From: a virus
Direction: 5' to 3' (one strand)
Virus record (IMG/VR): IMGVR_UViG_3300021131_000003
Location: 17,659-81,658 of that record
DNA: 64,000 nt
In this document: positions 49,826 through 58,129 of the stretch, piece by piece
How the letters are laid out: each line of letters opens with the position of its first letter
How positions within the stretch are numbered: position 1 is the first letter of the stretch
The notes under the pieces: generated by a model
What the model was told of the DNA's origin: nothing
Database searches by the model: none
What the model saw: only the letters and a program-made list of their open reading frames with translations
Translations under genes and position numbers: made by a program

Positions 49826-49861
49826 ATTGTCGAGCAAATAGAACGTATTTTCCGCCTAAAC
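49826..49861 (-). promoter_or_regulatory. Putative late promoter GTTTAG-N24-GACAAT driving the adaptor-Hint-sulfation operon
   Basis: Recurrent motif. Confidence 0.6.
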
Positions 49862-49862
49862 G

Positions 49863-50024
49863 CTAGTTTTGCGATTCTCCGTTTTGACCTTTACCCATAG
49901 AACTGTAAGTTTTGATACGTGGACGCTCTTGAGAGTTCAAGAACATGCGACGAATGCCAAACCTTGAGTCGTTAATTGTAACAGGCTTAGCTAACGGCTC
50001 TTTAAATACTTTATTGCGTTTCAT
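49863..50024 (-). CDS. Small basic protein (53 aa, not in ORF track)
   Basis: MKRNKVFKEPLAKPVTINDSRFGIRRMFL...; ATGA overlap. Confidence 0.65.
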   Translation of the reverse strand: MKRNKVFKEPLAKPVTINDSRFGIRRMFLNSQERPRIKTYSSMGKGQNGESQN

Positions 50025-50203
50025 GGAGAATATCTATTCCACTGACGGCTTTGAGTCGTAATCCCTTTTATGGGGGTTGTGATTCTTGTTAATTGGTCTC
50101 TTCCTTTACGACTAGCGCCTTTGGTTGCGCTTAAAACTTCAGCTTGAGCCGTAGTTTTGGTCTCAGATAGAAGTGGATGAGCTTTTTTACGCCTTGTTGC
50201 CAT
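50021..50203 (-). CDS. Small basic protein
   Basis: AAGGGA SD; coupled to neighbours. Confidence 0.65.
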   Translation of the reverse strand: MATRRKKAHPLLSETKTTAQAEVLSATKGASRKGRDQLTRITTPIKGITTQSRQWNRYSP

Positions 50204-50570
50204 CTGTTCCCTTAAACTGACGAGTGCTTCTCATGCCAGGAAGGGTTGGCTGCTTCCATTTTGGAGATTTTGTTGTTGGTACTTGCGTAATAACAGTTTG
50301 TGGCTTTTGTGGAGCTGGCAAAGACTTCTGCGGAGCTGAAATCTGACGAGGAGCTGTTCCTAATTTAGGATGAACAATCTCAGCGTCAACAATATCGTCC
50401 TCGTGAGCAGTTACTGGAGTGTTTGTAGGCTCAATGACCTCACCCTCAACAACTTCCTTGCCACCGCGAACCTTTTTAGAGCTCTTCTTCTTAGGTTTGG
50501 TTGGGCGAATTGGGTTTTTAGAGTGAATACCCTTACCGATACGCTGGGCGTTAGTTACCTCAAGACTCAT
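50187..50570 (-). CDS. Hypothetical protein, probably leaderless
   Basis: ATG 6 nt after TACAAT; QPTLPGM near the C-terminus. Confidence 0.7.
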   Translation of the reverse strand: MSLEVTNAQRIGKGIHSKNPIRPTKPKKKSSKKVRGGKEVVEGEVIEPTNTPVTAHEDDIVDAEIVHPKLGTAPRQISAPQKSLPAPQKPQTVITQVPTTKSPKWKQPTLPGMRSTRQFKGTDGNKA

Positions 50571-50664
50571 ACTCTGATTGTAAGTGCTTTTCCTCGCAGT
50601 TACGTGCTAAAGAAGGCACCACAAAGGTAATCCCGCATATATCGCAGGTCCAACGGTTGCTCAC
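50560..50664 (-). CDS. Micro Zn-finger (34 aa, not in ORF track)
   Basis: GTGA overlap; MSNRWTCDICGITFVVPSLARNCEEKH (CxxC-x12-CxxxH). Confidence 0.55.
   Translation of the reverse strand: MSNRWTCDICGITFVVPSLARNCEEKHLQSEYES
50577..50612 (-). promoter_or_regulatory. Putative promoter CTTTAG-N24-TACAAT
   Basis: Recurrent motif. Confidence 0.6.
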
Positions 50665-50942
50665 TTAGTCTGCTTTGAGGCCTCTACTGCTAAATCTTCC
50701 TCTGTTTTAGCGCGCTTATCCACTTGAGAGAACGCTGCATTAACTTCGTTATCGTCTAGCTTGCCATCGTCCATAAAAGAACGTGCTAAGCGCTCAACTA
50801 CAGTTGCAACGCCAGTAATGCCAGCAACTAGCACAGCTTTTAATGTGCCAATACCAGCTAGGGCACCAGCTCCAATTACAGATAGACCGCTAGCCGCAAA
50901 GACAGCGATAATTCTAACGATAGTGTTCCAGAGCTTATTCAT
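50661..50942 (-). CDS. Small membrane protein
   Basis: Two hydrophobic segments; DDGKLD..E.NAAF. Confidence 0.75.
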   Translation of the reverse strand: MNKLWNTIVRIIAVFAASGLSVIGAGALAGIGTLKAVLVAGITGVATVVERLARSFMDDGKLDDNEVNAAFSQVDKRAKTEEDLAVEASKQTK

Positions 50943-51123
50943 CTTTTTTCTCCTTTGGGTTACGTAGTCGGAAGGTTGCTACCCACAAAAAGACAGAGAT
51001 GAGGATTGCGTCTCCCACTACAGTCTTGGCAGAACCAGTTAATACAAGCCATGCAGAGAAGAGACCAACAAAGGTCCAAATCTGATTAGCTAAGTCGGCT
51101 AACAAGCCTTTAATGAACTTCAT
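50935..51123 (-). CDS. Small two-TM membrane protein
   Basis: QIWTFVGLFSAWLVLTGSAK.VVG. Confidence 0.75.
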   Translation of the reverse strand: MKFIKGLLADLANQIWTFVGLFSAWLVLTGSAKTVVGDAILISVFLWVATFRLRNPKEKKDE

Positions 51124-53738
51124 CCGAGTCTCCTTCTGAATCGAATAATCGCGCCGCCAACAATGGTGGCTACTAGTATTTTCTTTGCTTTCTTACGGGT
51201 TACTGGAGACATGTCGTTTCCGATATTAGATAGAGCAACAAAAGCTTTATTAACGGCTTCTGCGCCTGGTATTGCAGCAACGGTTGATGGGAGAGGTGTT
51301 AGAACAACAGGGACAGCAACATCTGGAGCATTAAAAGTAGCTCCTCCTGGTTGACCAATAAATGTCTCGCTAGTAGTAATAGCGTCTGGTGGAATTGGTA
51401 AGCCAGAACCTGGTGGTGGCGCTGGAGGAGTGAGCTTTCCATCTTCGCCAACAACCTGTGGAGCGCTCTGAGTACCAAAGAACTGAATGCCACCGTTCTC
51501 AACACCAACCTTGTCTACTTGGACATGCGCTACTAAAACCTCAGCTGGTGGTACCAAAGGTGTATCCTTAGGCAGAGTAGATGGATTATTTGGAATTAAG
51601 TTAGGGACAGGTGCAGCTGGTGTCGGATTATCCTGAGGTGCGGGTGGAGTTGGCGCGGGTGCTGGTGCGGGACCTGGAGCAACAGGTGCTGGAGTCGGAG
51701 CAGGAGCTGGCGCGTCTGAAGGTGATGAAGGTACAGGCTTCGGCTCTTCTGGGGTTGCTGGAGAGGGGTCTTTAGGTGCGTCAGGAGCGGGAGCTGGTGC
51801 TGGGGCAGGTTCAGGATTTGCTGGTGCTGGTTGAGGGTCTGCGGGTGCTGCAGGTGCGGGCGCAGGGTCAGGTTGAGGATTGGGTGCTGGGTCTGGAACG
51901 GGCGCTGGGTCAGGTGCTGGAGCTGGAGCAGGTTCAGGCGCCGCAGGAGCAGGGGCTGCTACAGGAGCTGGCTCAGGGGCCACTGGTGGAGTTATAGATG
52001 AAGTGGTTGAAGAAGTTGTTGTTGAACTTTCTGTATTTGATGCCGACTGAGACGAAGTATGAGAGGCGTCAACAGTTGAGGACTGGGAAGCACTATCGGA
52101 GGGGGCGCTAGATGTCTGAGAACTTGAACCCTGAGATTGATTCTGAGACGAATCAGTACTTGGAGCAGGCTGCGCAGCAGCTGCTGCAGCGGCTGCAGCA
52201 GAAGCAGCTTCTTGAGCAAGCCGAGCAGATTCAGCCTCAGCAGCCGCTTTCTGAGCAGCAGCTTCAGCATCTTTCTGAGCTTGCAACTGAAGCTGAGAGG
52301 CAACATACTGAGAAGCAGCAATGGAGACTGTGGTAACTGCTGTTTCTAATGCAGTCTTAGCGTCGTTTGCAGCAACCACCGCTGTATTTGCTAGACGATT
52401 AGCCGTATTGACGGCTGTATTTAAATTACTCTGTGCAGTTGCTAAATCCGCTACTGATTGGTCATATGCAGATTGAGCTGCAGCAATCGCAGACTTTTGT
52501 ACACCTACTGCCGTCAATGCTGTCTGCAAAGCTTGATATGCCGCGTCTTTAACAGCTAGTTGTGAATTATACGTAGATTGAGCGCTATCTACAGTTGTTT
52601 GCGCAGTGGAGACCGCAGATACCAAAGTTGGGTCTGGAGCACTAGTAGTAGAGGTGACATGGCTATAGTTAGTTGAAGTTGGAGATGTCCAGATATTGTT
52701 ATATCCCCATCCCATAGTGACGCCTGCGCCACCGCCGTTTTCATAATAATAAAGAGTTATATCTTGAGTTTGGCCTGGAGTTACTGAATACCATTGGCTG
52801 TACGGGCTCCAAGTTAATCCTTGGTCTCTCCAGTTACTTATTGATAGCTGACCGTTTATGTAAAGTTTAGAGCCATCGTCAGAATATACGGCGTACTTTA
52901 TAGAGGTAGTATCTGGAACAGTTATCTGTCCTTTAAACACCACTATCACATGGTCTGATAGACCAGAGTTAAGTATTTGACCGCTTCCCCAGTTAAAAGC
53001 AATAGAAGGGACAACAGTTGTTAGTACAGGCGTTCCAAGGTTATCTAGAGAAGGAGAAGCCCCGTTAGCAGCTTTATAAACAGTTGCTACGATTCCTGGG
53101 GCAGTAGTTGCTACTGAAACAAGAGGCGCTGTAGATAATGCGGTTTGGGCATCCGTAAGAGAAGTTTGAGCGGTGGATAAGTTTGTAGACGCCGAATTTA
53201 AATCAGAGGTAGCTTTAGATAGAGAAGAATTAGCCGTATCGGCGGTGCTTTGTAAAGGTGGAAGAGCCGCTTGAGCTGTTGTAAGGGTAGTTTGATTAGT
53301 AGCAGCAGTTACTGTTGCTGAATCAACAATCTCTTGCGCTGGCGGTATCTGTGCAGCAGCAGTTGTAGCGGCAGCAATAGCGGTATTAGCTACCGATATC
53401 TTATTAGAAGCTTCAGTTACAGAGGTAACAACTGCCGTATCAACAGTTACAGCCTGCGTTATTTCTGGAGTTGGAAGAAGAGTGGTAACCGCATCATTGG
53501 CTTTAGTTACAGCGGTAGCTACCGTCGCAGTTGCTGTATCAATCTTGCTTTGAATAGTAGATAGGTCAACAGTAGTTACTGTTGCAGTATCTTGCACTGA
53601 CGCTGGTGCTAAAGAATCTGTCGGGGCAGGCGAAACTACCGCCTGGTTAGCGGTGTCATCGGCGTATGCGTTTGAGTGACCTAATAAGTAAAAAGCTGGT
53701 GCTGCGGCTAGTGCTGCGATATGTCGCAGTTGTTTTAT
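51120..53738 (-). CDS. Secreted, C-terminally anchored PA14-domain protein with coiled coil and Pro-rich stalk (ATA start)
   Basis: PA14 motifs FNWGSG, F.GQI, SDDGS.LYING, YYENGGGA. In-frame signal peptide upstream of the ORF-track GTG; TM segment then RRR. Confidence 0.82.
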   Translation of the reverse strand: MKQLRHIAALAAAPAFYLLGHSNAYADDTANQAVVSPAPTDSLAPASVQDTATVTTVDLSTIQSKIDTATATVATAVTKANDAVTTLLPTPEITQAVTVDTAVVTSVTEASNKISVANTAIAAATTAAAQIPPAQEIVDSATVTAATNQTTLTTAQAALPPLQSTADTANSSLSKATSDLNSASTNLSTAQTSLTDAQTALSTAPLVSVATTAPGIVATVYKAANGASPSLDNLGTPVLTTVVPSIAFNWGSGQILNSGLSDHVIVVFKGQITVPDTTSIKYAVYSDDGSKLYINGQLSISNWRDQGLTWSPYSQWYSVTPGQTQDITLYYYENGGGAGVTMGWGYNNIWTSPTSTNYSHVTSTTSAPDPTLVSAVSTAQTTVDSAQSTYNSQLAVKDAAYQALQTALTAVGVQKSAIAAAQSAYDQSVADLATAQSNLNTAVNTANRLANTAVVAANDAKTALETAVTTVSIAASQYVASQLQLQAQKDAEAAAQKAAAEAESARLAQEAASAAAAAAAAAQPAPSTDSSQNQSQGSSSQTSSAPSDSASQSSTVDASHTSSQSASNTESSTTTSSTTSSITPPVAPEPAPVAAPAPAAPEPAPAPAPDPAPVPDPAPNPQPDPAPAPAAPADPQPAPANPEPAPAPAPAPDAPKDPSPATPEEPKPVPSSPSDAPAPAPTPAPVAPGPAPAPAPTPPAPQDNPTPAAPVPNLIPNNPSTLPKDTPLVPPAEVLVAHVQVDKVGVENGGIQFFGTQSAPQVVGEDGKLTPPAPPPGSGLPIPPDAITTSETFIGQPGGATFNAPDVAVPVVLTPLPSTVAAIPGAEAVNKAFVALSNIGNDMSPVTRKKAKKILVATIVGGAIIRFRRRLG

Positions 53739-53762
53739 TCTCTCTCCCCTGGTTGTGCTTAG

Positions 53763-53960
53763 TTATACGAGATTAAGTTCACCTTCTGGGTCCCAGACCT
53801 CTACGGACTTAACAACAAGAGCGTCTTTCATAGCCCGTGCGTGATGGCCGCAGAACATTAATTCACCGTTTAGTAACGTAGCTACAACTTTTGCGGCTGC
53901 GCTGCAAGAATCACAGCGGTCCTGAAGGGTAAGTTCTCTATGGATTACCTCAGTTGCCAT
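53763..53960 (-). CDS. Actinobacterial-type Zn-ribbon protein
   Basis: LT..DRCD.C.AAA...GELMFCGHH. Confidence 0.75.
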   Translation of the reverse strand: MATEVIHRELTLQDRCDSCSAAAKVVATLLNGELMFCGHHARAMKDALVVKSVEVWDPEGELNLV

Positions 53961-53963
53961 GTA

Positions 53964-54476
53964 TTAAATATAGCTCCAAAAACATAAAATTATGTAACGA
54001 ACTGCCCCAGAGTACGGCTGTATCGCATGCAGAGTATACGCATCGTGTACAGTGAGTAAACCAGGCTTTGGCGTGAGTTTATAATCCTGCTCTGGATATA
54101 GCAACTCTCCGCCGTCAAAGTCATTATTTAAATATAATACGCAAGCGTACTTTAATGGGTCTTCAGGTGATGAAGAATCTCTATGTGGTAGTGAGAGGTT
54201 CTCAGGTTTTCTGCGAGAAAAGTAAATATGTCCTTTGATAGGTTTAGTTTCTTTAAACTCATCAACTATAAACTTATATATTCGGTCTTTAATGCTATTA
54301 GTTAATTCAACTGCTTCAGGAAAATGCTGCATTAAAGTATTAAGCTGCATAGTTGTATTAGGTAAGATTGGGCCAGTATCGCCCGTGTTCCAAGGCTCTA
54401 TATTTAAAATGGTTTCTAGTAAAAAAGAAACCTCAGACTCTGATAAGAAGCCCTCAGCAACCTTTATGTTATCCAT
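53964..54476 (-). CDS. 2OG-Fe(II) oxygenase, prolyl-4-hydroxylase-like
   Basis: PHRD, LYLNNDFDGGEL.YP, LH.I.....VRY. Confidence 0.88.
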   Translation of the reverse strand: MDNIKVAEGFLSESEVSFLLETILNIEPWNTGDTGPILPNTTMQLNTLMQHFPEAVELTNSIKDRIYKFIVDEFKETKPIKGHIYFSRRKPENLSLPHRDSSSPEDPLKYACVLYLNNDFDGGELLYPEQDYKLTPKPGLLTVHDAYTLHAIQPYSGAVRYIILCFWSYI

Positions 54477-54652
54477 TAGAATGGTGGATTAGGGTTCTGG
54501 TTCTTCTCGTGCTCTTTAGCAATCTTATCTTGCTCAGCAAAGTGTCTACCCATCTCATCTTGAGTTTCAGCGTTCCAAGACCAATCATGACCCTCAAGGT
54601 CTAAGTCTGGTTGACGCTTAGGGTTATGCTCTCTACGCTTTGGGGTTGACAT
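54476..54652 (-). CDS. Small hypothetical protein (58 aa, not in ORF track)
   Basis: AAGGA SD; MSTPKRREHNPKRQPDLDL...; TAATG overlap. Confidence 0.65.
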   Translation of the reverse strand: MSTPKRREHNPKRQPDLDLEGHDWSWNAETQDEMGRHFAEQDKIAKEHEKNQNPNPPF

Positions 54653-54661
54653 AGCTGTTCC

Positions 54662-55333
54662 TTACTTTTGATATCTAACTGGAACCATTGAGTTAGGGTC
54701 AATGTCATTTGCTACTGATAGTCTATGCGTTCCATCAAAAATTTGTGGTTTAGTAATAAATGAGAATCTTTGAGTACCAGGTTGCTGTAAGACGATAGGA
54801 TTCTTAATACCTTCGCTTTGAATCTGGTTATATAGCCCATTGTTCTTTGCAGCGTCTAGTTTTGCTGCGTATGATGATTTTGAAGTAAACTGCCCTGGCA
54901 ATCTATCAGGGTTAACAAAGTTCTTTTTAACATCGGCAGCTTTCATAAAGCTTACATCTGGACCAAACTGAGAGGCAGAAAGTCTAGAAGCTTTTGCTGC
55001 ATCTGCTGCCTTAAACATATCAGCACCTTTAACAGCTGCATTTAAACCAATATCGGCAGCTTTTACGCCTTCACCAACTCCAGGTACTGCCATAGCCGCT
55101 GTAGAAGCCGCATTAATGCCGCCCATAATAGAGTGACCGATTCCGCCAGCAATGCCGCTAATACCACCGCGTGAGAAGTCCTGACCCGCTTGTTTAAAGT
55201 CAGTAACACCTGTAGTTGCCTTAACAGCATTACCAAGCTGATTACCTAGTTTAGTGCTTCCCGCTGAGGTAACAGTAGAGTCTACAGAGCTAGGTAGTTG
55301 AAAGTTAAACTGAGGAGTACTTGGAACTGTCAC
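54662..55333 (-). CDS. Protein with C-terminal ParB/Srx-like domain
   Basis: IQSEGIKNPIVL...IFDGTHRL..A. Confidence 0.7.
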   Translation of the reverse strand: MTVPSTPQFNFQLPSSVDSTVTSAGSTKLGNQLGNAVKATTGVTDFKQAGQDFSRGGISGIAGGIGHSIMGGINAASTAAMAVPGVGEGVKAADIGLNAAVKGADMFKAADAAKASRLSASQFGPDVSFMKAADVKKNFVNPDRLPGQFTSKSSYAAKLDAAKNNGLYNQIQSEGIKNPIVLQQPGTQRFSFITKPQIFDGTHRLSVANDIDPNSMVPVRYQK

Positions 55334-55626
55334 TTCTCATTCTCTTTCTTACCAGCGCGGCGCTTGTTCTCTTTAGCTGTGTTCTTGCCTTTATCTAGAA
55401 GACGAAGGTTGCCCTTAGAATCGTTATTGTGGTTATTGTCTTTATGGTCAACAGTCTTGTCTTTAGACTTAATCTTGCCATTCTTAGACTCATAATCCGC
55501 ACGAGCTTTATTCTTAGAAGTGGTATGCCACTTACCGTCCTTACCCTTTGTCTTATAGACATAGATAGGACGGCCACCATTGGCATCTGAACCCTTATAG
55601 GGTCCAAACTTCTTAGTCTCAGCCAT
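55330..55626 (-). CDS. HNH-like basic protein
   Basis: TVDHKDNN..ND...NLR.L....N. Confidence 0.7.
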   Translation of the reverse strand: MAETKKFGPYKGSDANGGRPIYVYKTKGKDGKWHTTSKNKARADYESKNGKIKSKDKTVDHKDNNHNNDSKGNLRLLDKGKNTAKENKRRAGKKENEK

Positions 55627-55772
55627 TACTTCTTCTTTTTAGCCTTGAGGGCCTTGAAGTCTTCGCCAGTAATCTTATCTTTTGGATTAGCGGCTCCAGC
55701 AATCTTCTTTTGCTTTGGAGATAGCTTCTTAGCTGACTTTTTCTTTCCCATACATCCACAAGTAGCGCACAT
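55626..55772 (-). CDS. Lys-rich micro-protein with N-terminal MCxxCGC (48 aa, not in ORF track)
   Basis: MCATCGCMGKKKSAKKLSPKQKKIA...; TAATG overlap at both ends. Confidence 0.75.
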   Translation of the reverse strand: MCATCGCMGKKKSAKKLSPKQKKIAGAANPKDKITGEDFKALKAKKKK

Positions 55773-55915
55773 TATTTTTTTCCCGCCTTAGCTTTAGGTT
55801 TTGACTTTGGAACTTTGTTTTTTCCAGAGCCTGCTGGAACACAGTTAGGGACTTCTTTACCGTTCTTAATCTTCATGCCAACTTGACGATAGTTAGCCCA
55901 GCATGGGTCAGCCAT
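55772..55915 (-). CDS. Small basic CW...VPNCVP protein (47 aa, not in ORF track)
   Basis: MADPCWANYRQVGMKIKNGKEVPNCVP...; TAATG overlap at both ends. Confidence 0.75.
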   Translation of the reverse strand: MADPCWANYRQVGMKIKNGKEVPNCVPAGSGKNKVPKSKPKAKAGKK

Positions 55916-56184
55916 TAGCAATCCCACTTTCTTAGAGACTTGTTGATACGTGAGTTAGGGTCTTTAGCTGTCTTAGAAGAAGTGTTCTTAGACTTCATGC
56001 CCTCCATGCGAGCACAGAACGACTTGCGGCGAGCAGCAGACTTAGGAGACTTTGCAGCCTTCTCTTTAGAGACAGGAGCTTTAAGGTTGTGGCCTTCTTT
56101 TTTAGCAGAGGCTCGCCCCTTAGCATTTAATCCGCCTTCAGGGTTCTGACCCTCTTTACGAGTCCATGCAGGTGATTTAGCCAT
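55915..56184 (-). CDS. Small basic phage protein (DUF6321-like)
   Basis: AWTRKEG.NP.GGLN.KGR, RRKSFCARM.G, SRINKSLRKWDC. Confidence 0.8.
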   Translation of the reverse strand: MAKSPAWTRKEGQNPEGGLNAKGRASAKKEGHNLKAPVSKEKAAKSPKSAARRKSFCARMEGMKSKNTSSKTAKDPNSRINKSLRKWDC

Positions 56185-56350
56185 GTTTACGATGCCAGTC
56201 CTTTACAGCTTGCTTAGCTTCAGTAACGTTTGTTGCATCTAGTGTATAGGTGCCATCTCCGTTGGGATGGTGAACCTTAAACTTACTGCCGTGCTTATCA
56301 ACAACGTGAGTCTCACCATCAACTTTAAACTGCTCTTTATTCTTCTTCAT
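56177..56350 (-). CDS. Small hypothetical protein
   Basis: MKKNKEQFKV; ATGA overlap. Confidence 0.65.
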   Translation of the reverse strand: MKKNKEQFKVDGETHVVDKHGSKFKVHHPNGDGTYTLDATNVTEAKQAVKDWHRKHG

Positions 56351-57075
56351 AGGATTGAGCTCGGATTCCACTTATCTGGTGTTCCGCTTTGGCTTTTACC
56401 ACCAAAGAGCGCGCCACCAATAGCGGTACCAGCTGCAACGCCAGTAGCTGCAGCAGCGGCTGTTTTAAATAAGCTTGAACGTGAAGTCTGTGGTGTTTCT
56501 ACTGGAGCAGCTGATGGAGCTGGTTCTTCTGCTGGAGTAGCAGATTTAACTCCACCAACCTCTGGAGCAGCACCTACACCTTGTACACCTGGGGCTTTTG
56601 GCTGTGGTGCAGCTTTTGGAACATCTGCATTGATAGGTGGTCGGTCTCCGATAGTCGTACTGCGTGTAGGTTTTGGATAACCTGGTGCAGGCTCTGGAAC
56701 CGTGCGTGGAGCTGTGTACGGCTTTGGAGAAGTAGCTGGCTTAACCTTTGTTGCTGTAGGTGAATCTTCAAAGAAGTGTGCAATTCTAGAACCAGCACCC
56801 TTAAGCGCACGGCCTACAGAAGGAGCAACCTCTTCAATACCAGCAGCGGCGGCTTCTCCTCCAGCGTAACCAGCTTCAGCGCCAGCTGCCTCAGAGGTCC
56901 CTGTTACATCTGCTCCTGGAATAAGTAGTCCAGCGCCAGCTCCAACAAGACCTAAAGCTAAACCAGTTGCTCTCTGAAACGCATCGGCTTTCTTTGGCTT
57001 ACCTGATGGAAGAGCCTTTGGAGTTACTTGTGAAGTAACCGTGCTATCTACTGAGCCAGGTAGGGAATAATCCAT
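56347..57075 (-). CDS. Ala/Pro-rich hypothetical protein
   Basis: Shares LPxSVDSTVTS with 54662-55333. Confidence 0.7.
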   Translation of the reverse strand: MDYSLPGSVDSTVTSQVTPKALPSGKPKKADAFQRATGLALGLVGAGAGLLIPGADVTGTSEAAGAEAGYAGGEAAAAGIEEVAPSVGRALKGAGSRIAHFFEDSPTATKVKPATSPKPYTAPRTVPEPAPGYPKPTRSTTIGDRPPINADVPKAAPQPKAPGVQGVGAAPEVGGVKSATPAEEPAPSAAPVETPQTSRSSLFKTAAAAATGVAAGTAIGGALFGGKSQSGTPDKWNPSSIL

Positions 57076-57282
57076 TTATGCGCCTCTTCTCTTTAGAATA
57101 TCTTGAGCTTGCTCAGATACGTTGTACTGTCCATAACCACCGCGGCGGCCTGAATACATTCCAGTTGCGCGCATGCGGGTATTGTTATTACGGTTCTTAA
57201 TAACCTTCTTGGTGCCATCTGGGTTAGTCATCTCACCAAATGCGCGCATCTGGCGCGTAGGTCCTAGGGCTGGGTCATACAT
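57076..57282 (-). CDS. Small basic protein
   Basis: AGGTGA SD; tight gene packing. Confidence 0.65.
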   Translation of the reverse strand: MYDPALGPTRQMRAFGEMTNPDGTKKVIKNRNNNTRMRATGMYSGRRGGYGQYNVSEQAQDILKRRGA

Positions 57283-57289
57283 AGGTTAA

Positions 57290-58129
57290 TCACCTAAAAC
57301 TTTCAGGAGGCAGGGTCATCCCTGGTAAATTAGGCTGGAAGTTTGCTAAGCGTGATTCGTTTTTACCCTTACCAGTAGCTAAACCGAATGTTTCTGGGTT
57401 TTCAACTACAACACCAGAGTCTCCCTTTTGTGTTAGGCCTCTTGCTTTTTCTGCAGCAAGTAAACGCCTTGCAAAGGTTCTTCCACTTTGAGAAAATTCC
57501 TCTGGGTCTACCTGTGTTGTGTCAGACTCATCCCAATACCGTGCTTTTTCATTTGATGCGTTTTGAATAATGTCATGCGCTTGGTGCCAATCATAAGGGT
57601 TTCCTACATCTTTAATCTCAGGGCCCTTAGCAATTCCAGCTCTGATTAGACGATTAACTAAAGGCAGGCTGTGCATAGAAAGATTATCGGAATGCTCAAC
57701 GTCCTGTCCCCATCGCTTTTGCGATTCATTATTTGCAGTTTCTAATAAAGCAGGGACTGTGTGGTCTACGTCTTTAGTTGCTGCCATTAAATCTACTTTA
57801 GGTGGTTTACGAGTATCGTTAAATAAAACGCCTTGTCTAACTGGACGTCTCCAACCTTCAGAATCATTTTCGTAAACTACATCATCATTTTCATCTCTTA
57901 CTGCTGGGAATGCGGTATCGTCGTTTGTAACATCATTACCATAGTATTCAGCCCTGCGACTTAAGTCTTTATAATCTCTATAGCTTCCGCTAGGGCCTTC
58001 TATCTTAACAAGAGAACCTGATTGGGTACCAATTGCGTTTTGTCCAGCGCCGTGAAAAAGCGTGAATCCGTTATTGCCTGGGTCATTCATATAAGTTCCG
58101 TTTACGAACTCTTTGTTACTTCTACCCAC
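57290..58129 (-). CDS. Hypothetical protein, paralogue of 58130-58627
   Basis: Shared AT....H.VPA.L...NLS.HS motif. Confidence 0.7.
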   Translation of the reverse strand: MGRSNKEFVNGTYMNDPGNNGFTLFHGAGQNAIGTQSGSLVKIEGPSGSYRDYKDLSRRAEYYGNDVTNDDTAFPAVRDENDDVVYENDSEGWRRPVRQGVLFNDTRKPPKVDLMAATKDVDHTVPALLETANNESQKRWGQDVEHSDNLSMHSLPLVNRLIRAGIAKGPEIKDVGNPYDWHQAHDIIQNASNEKARYWDESDTTQVDPEEFSQSGRTFARRLLAAEKARGLTQKGDSGVVVENPETFGLATGKGKNESRLANFQPNLPGMTLPPESFR

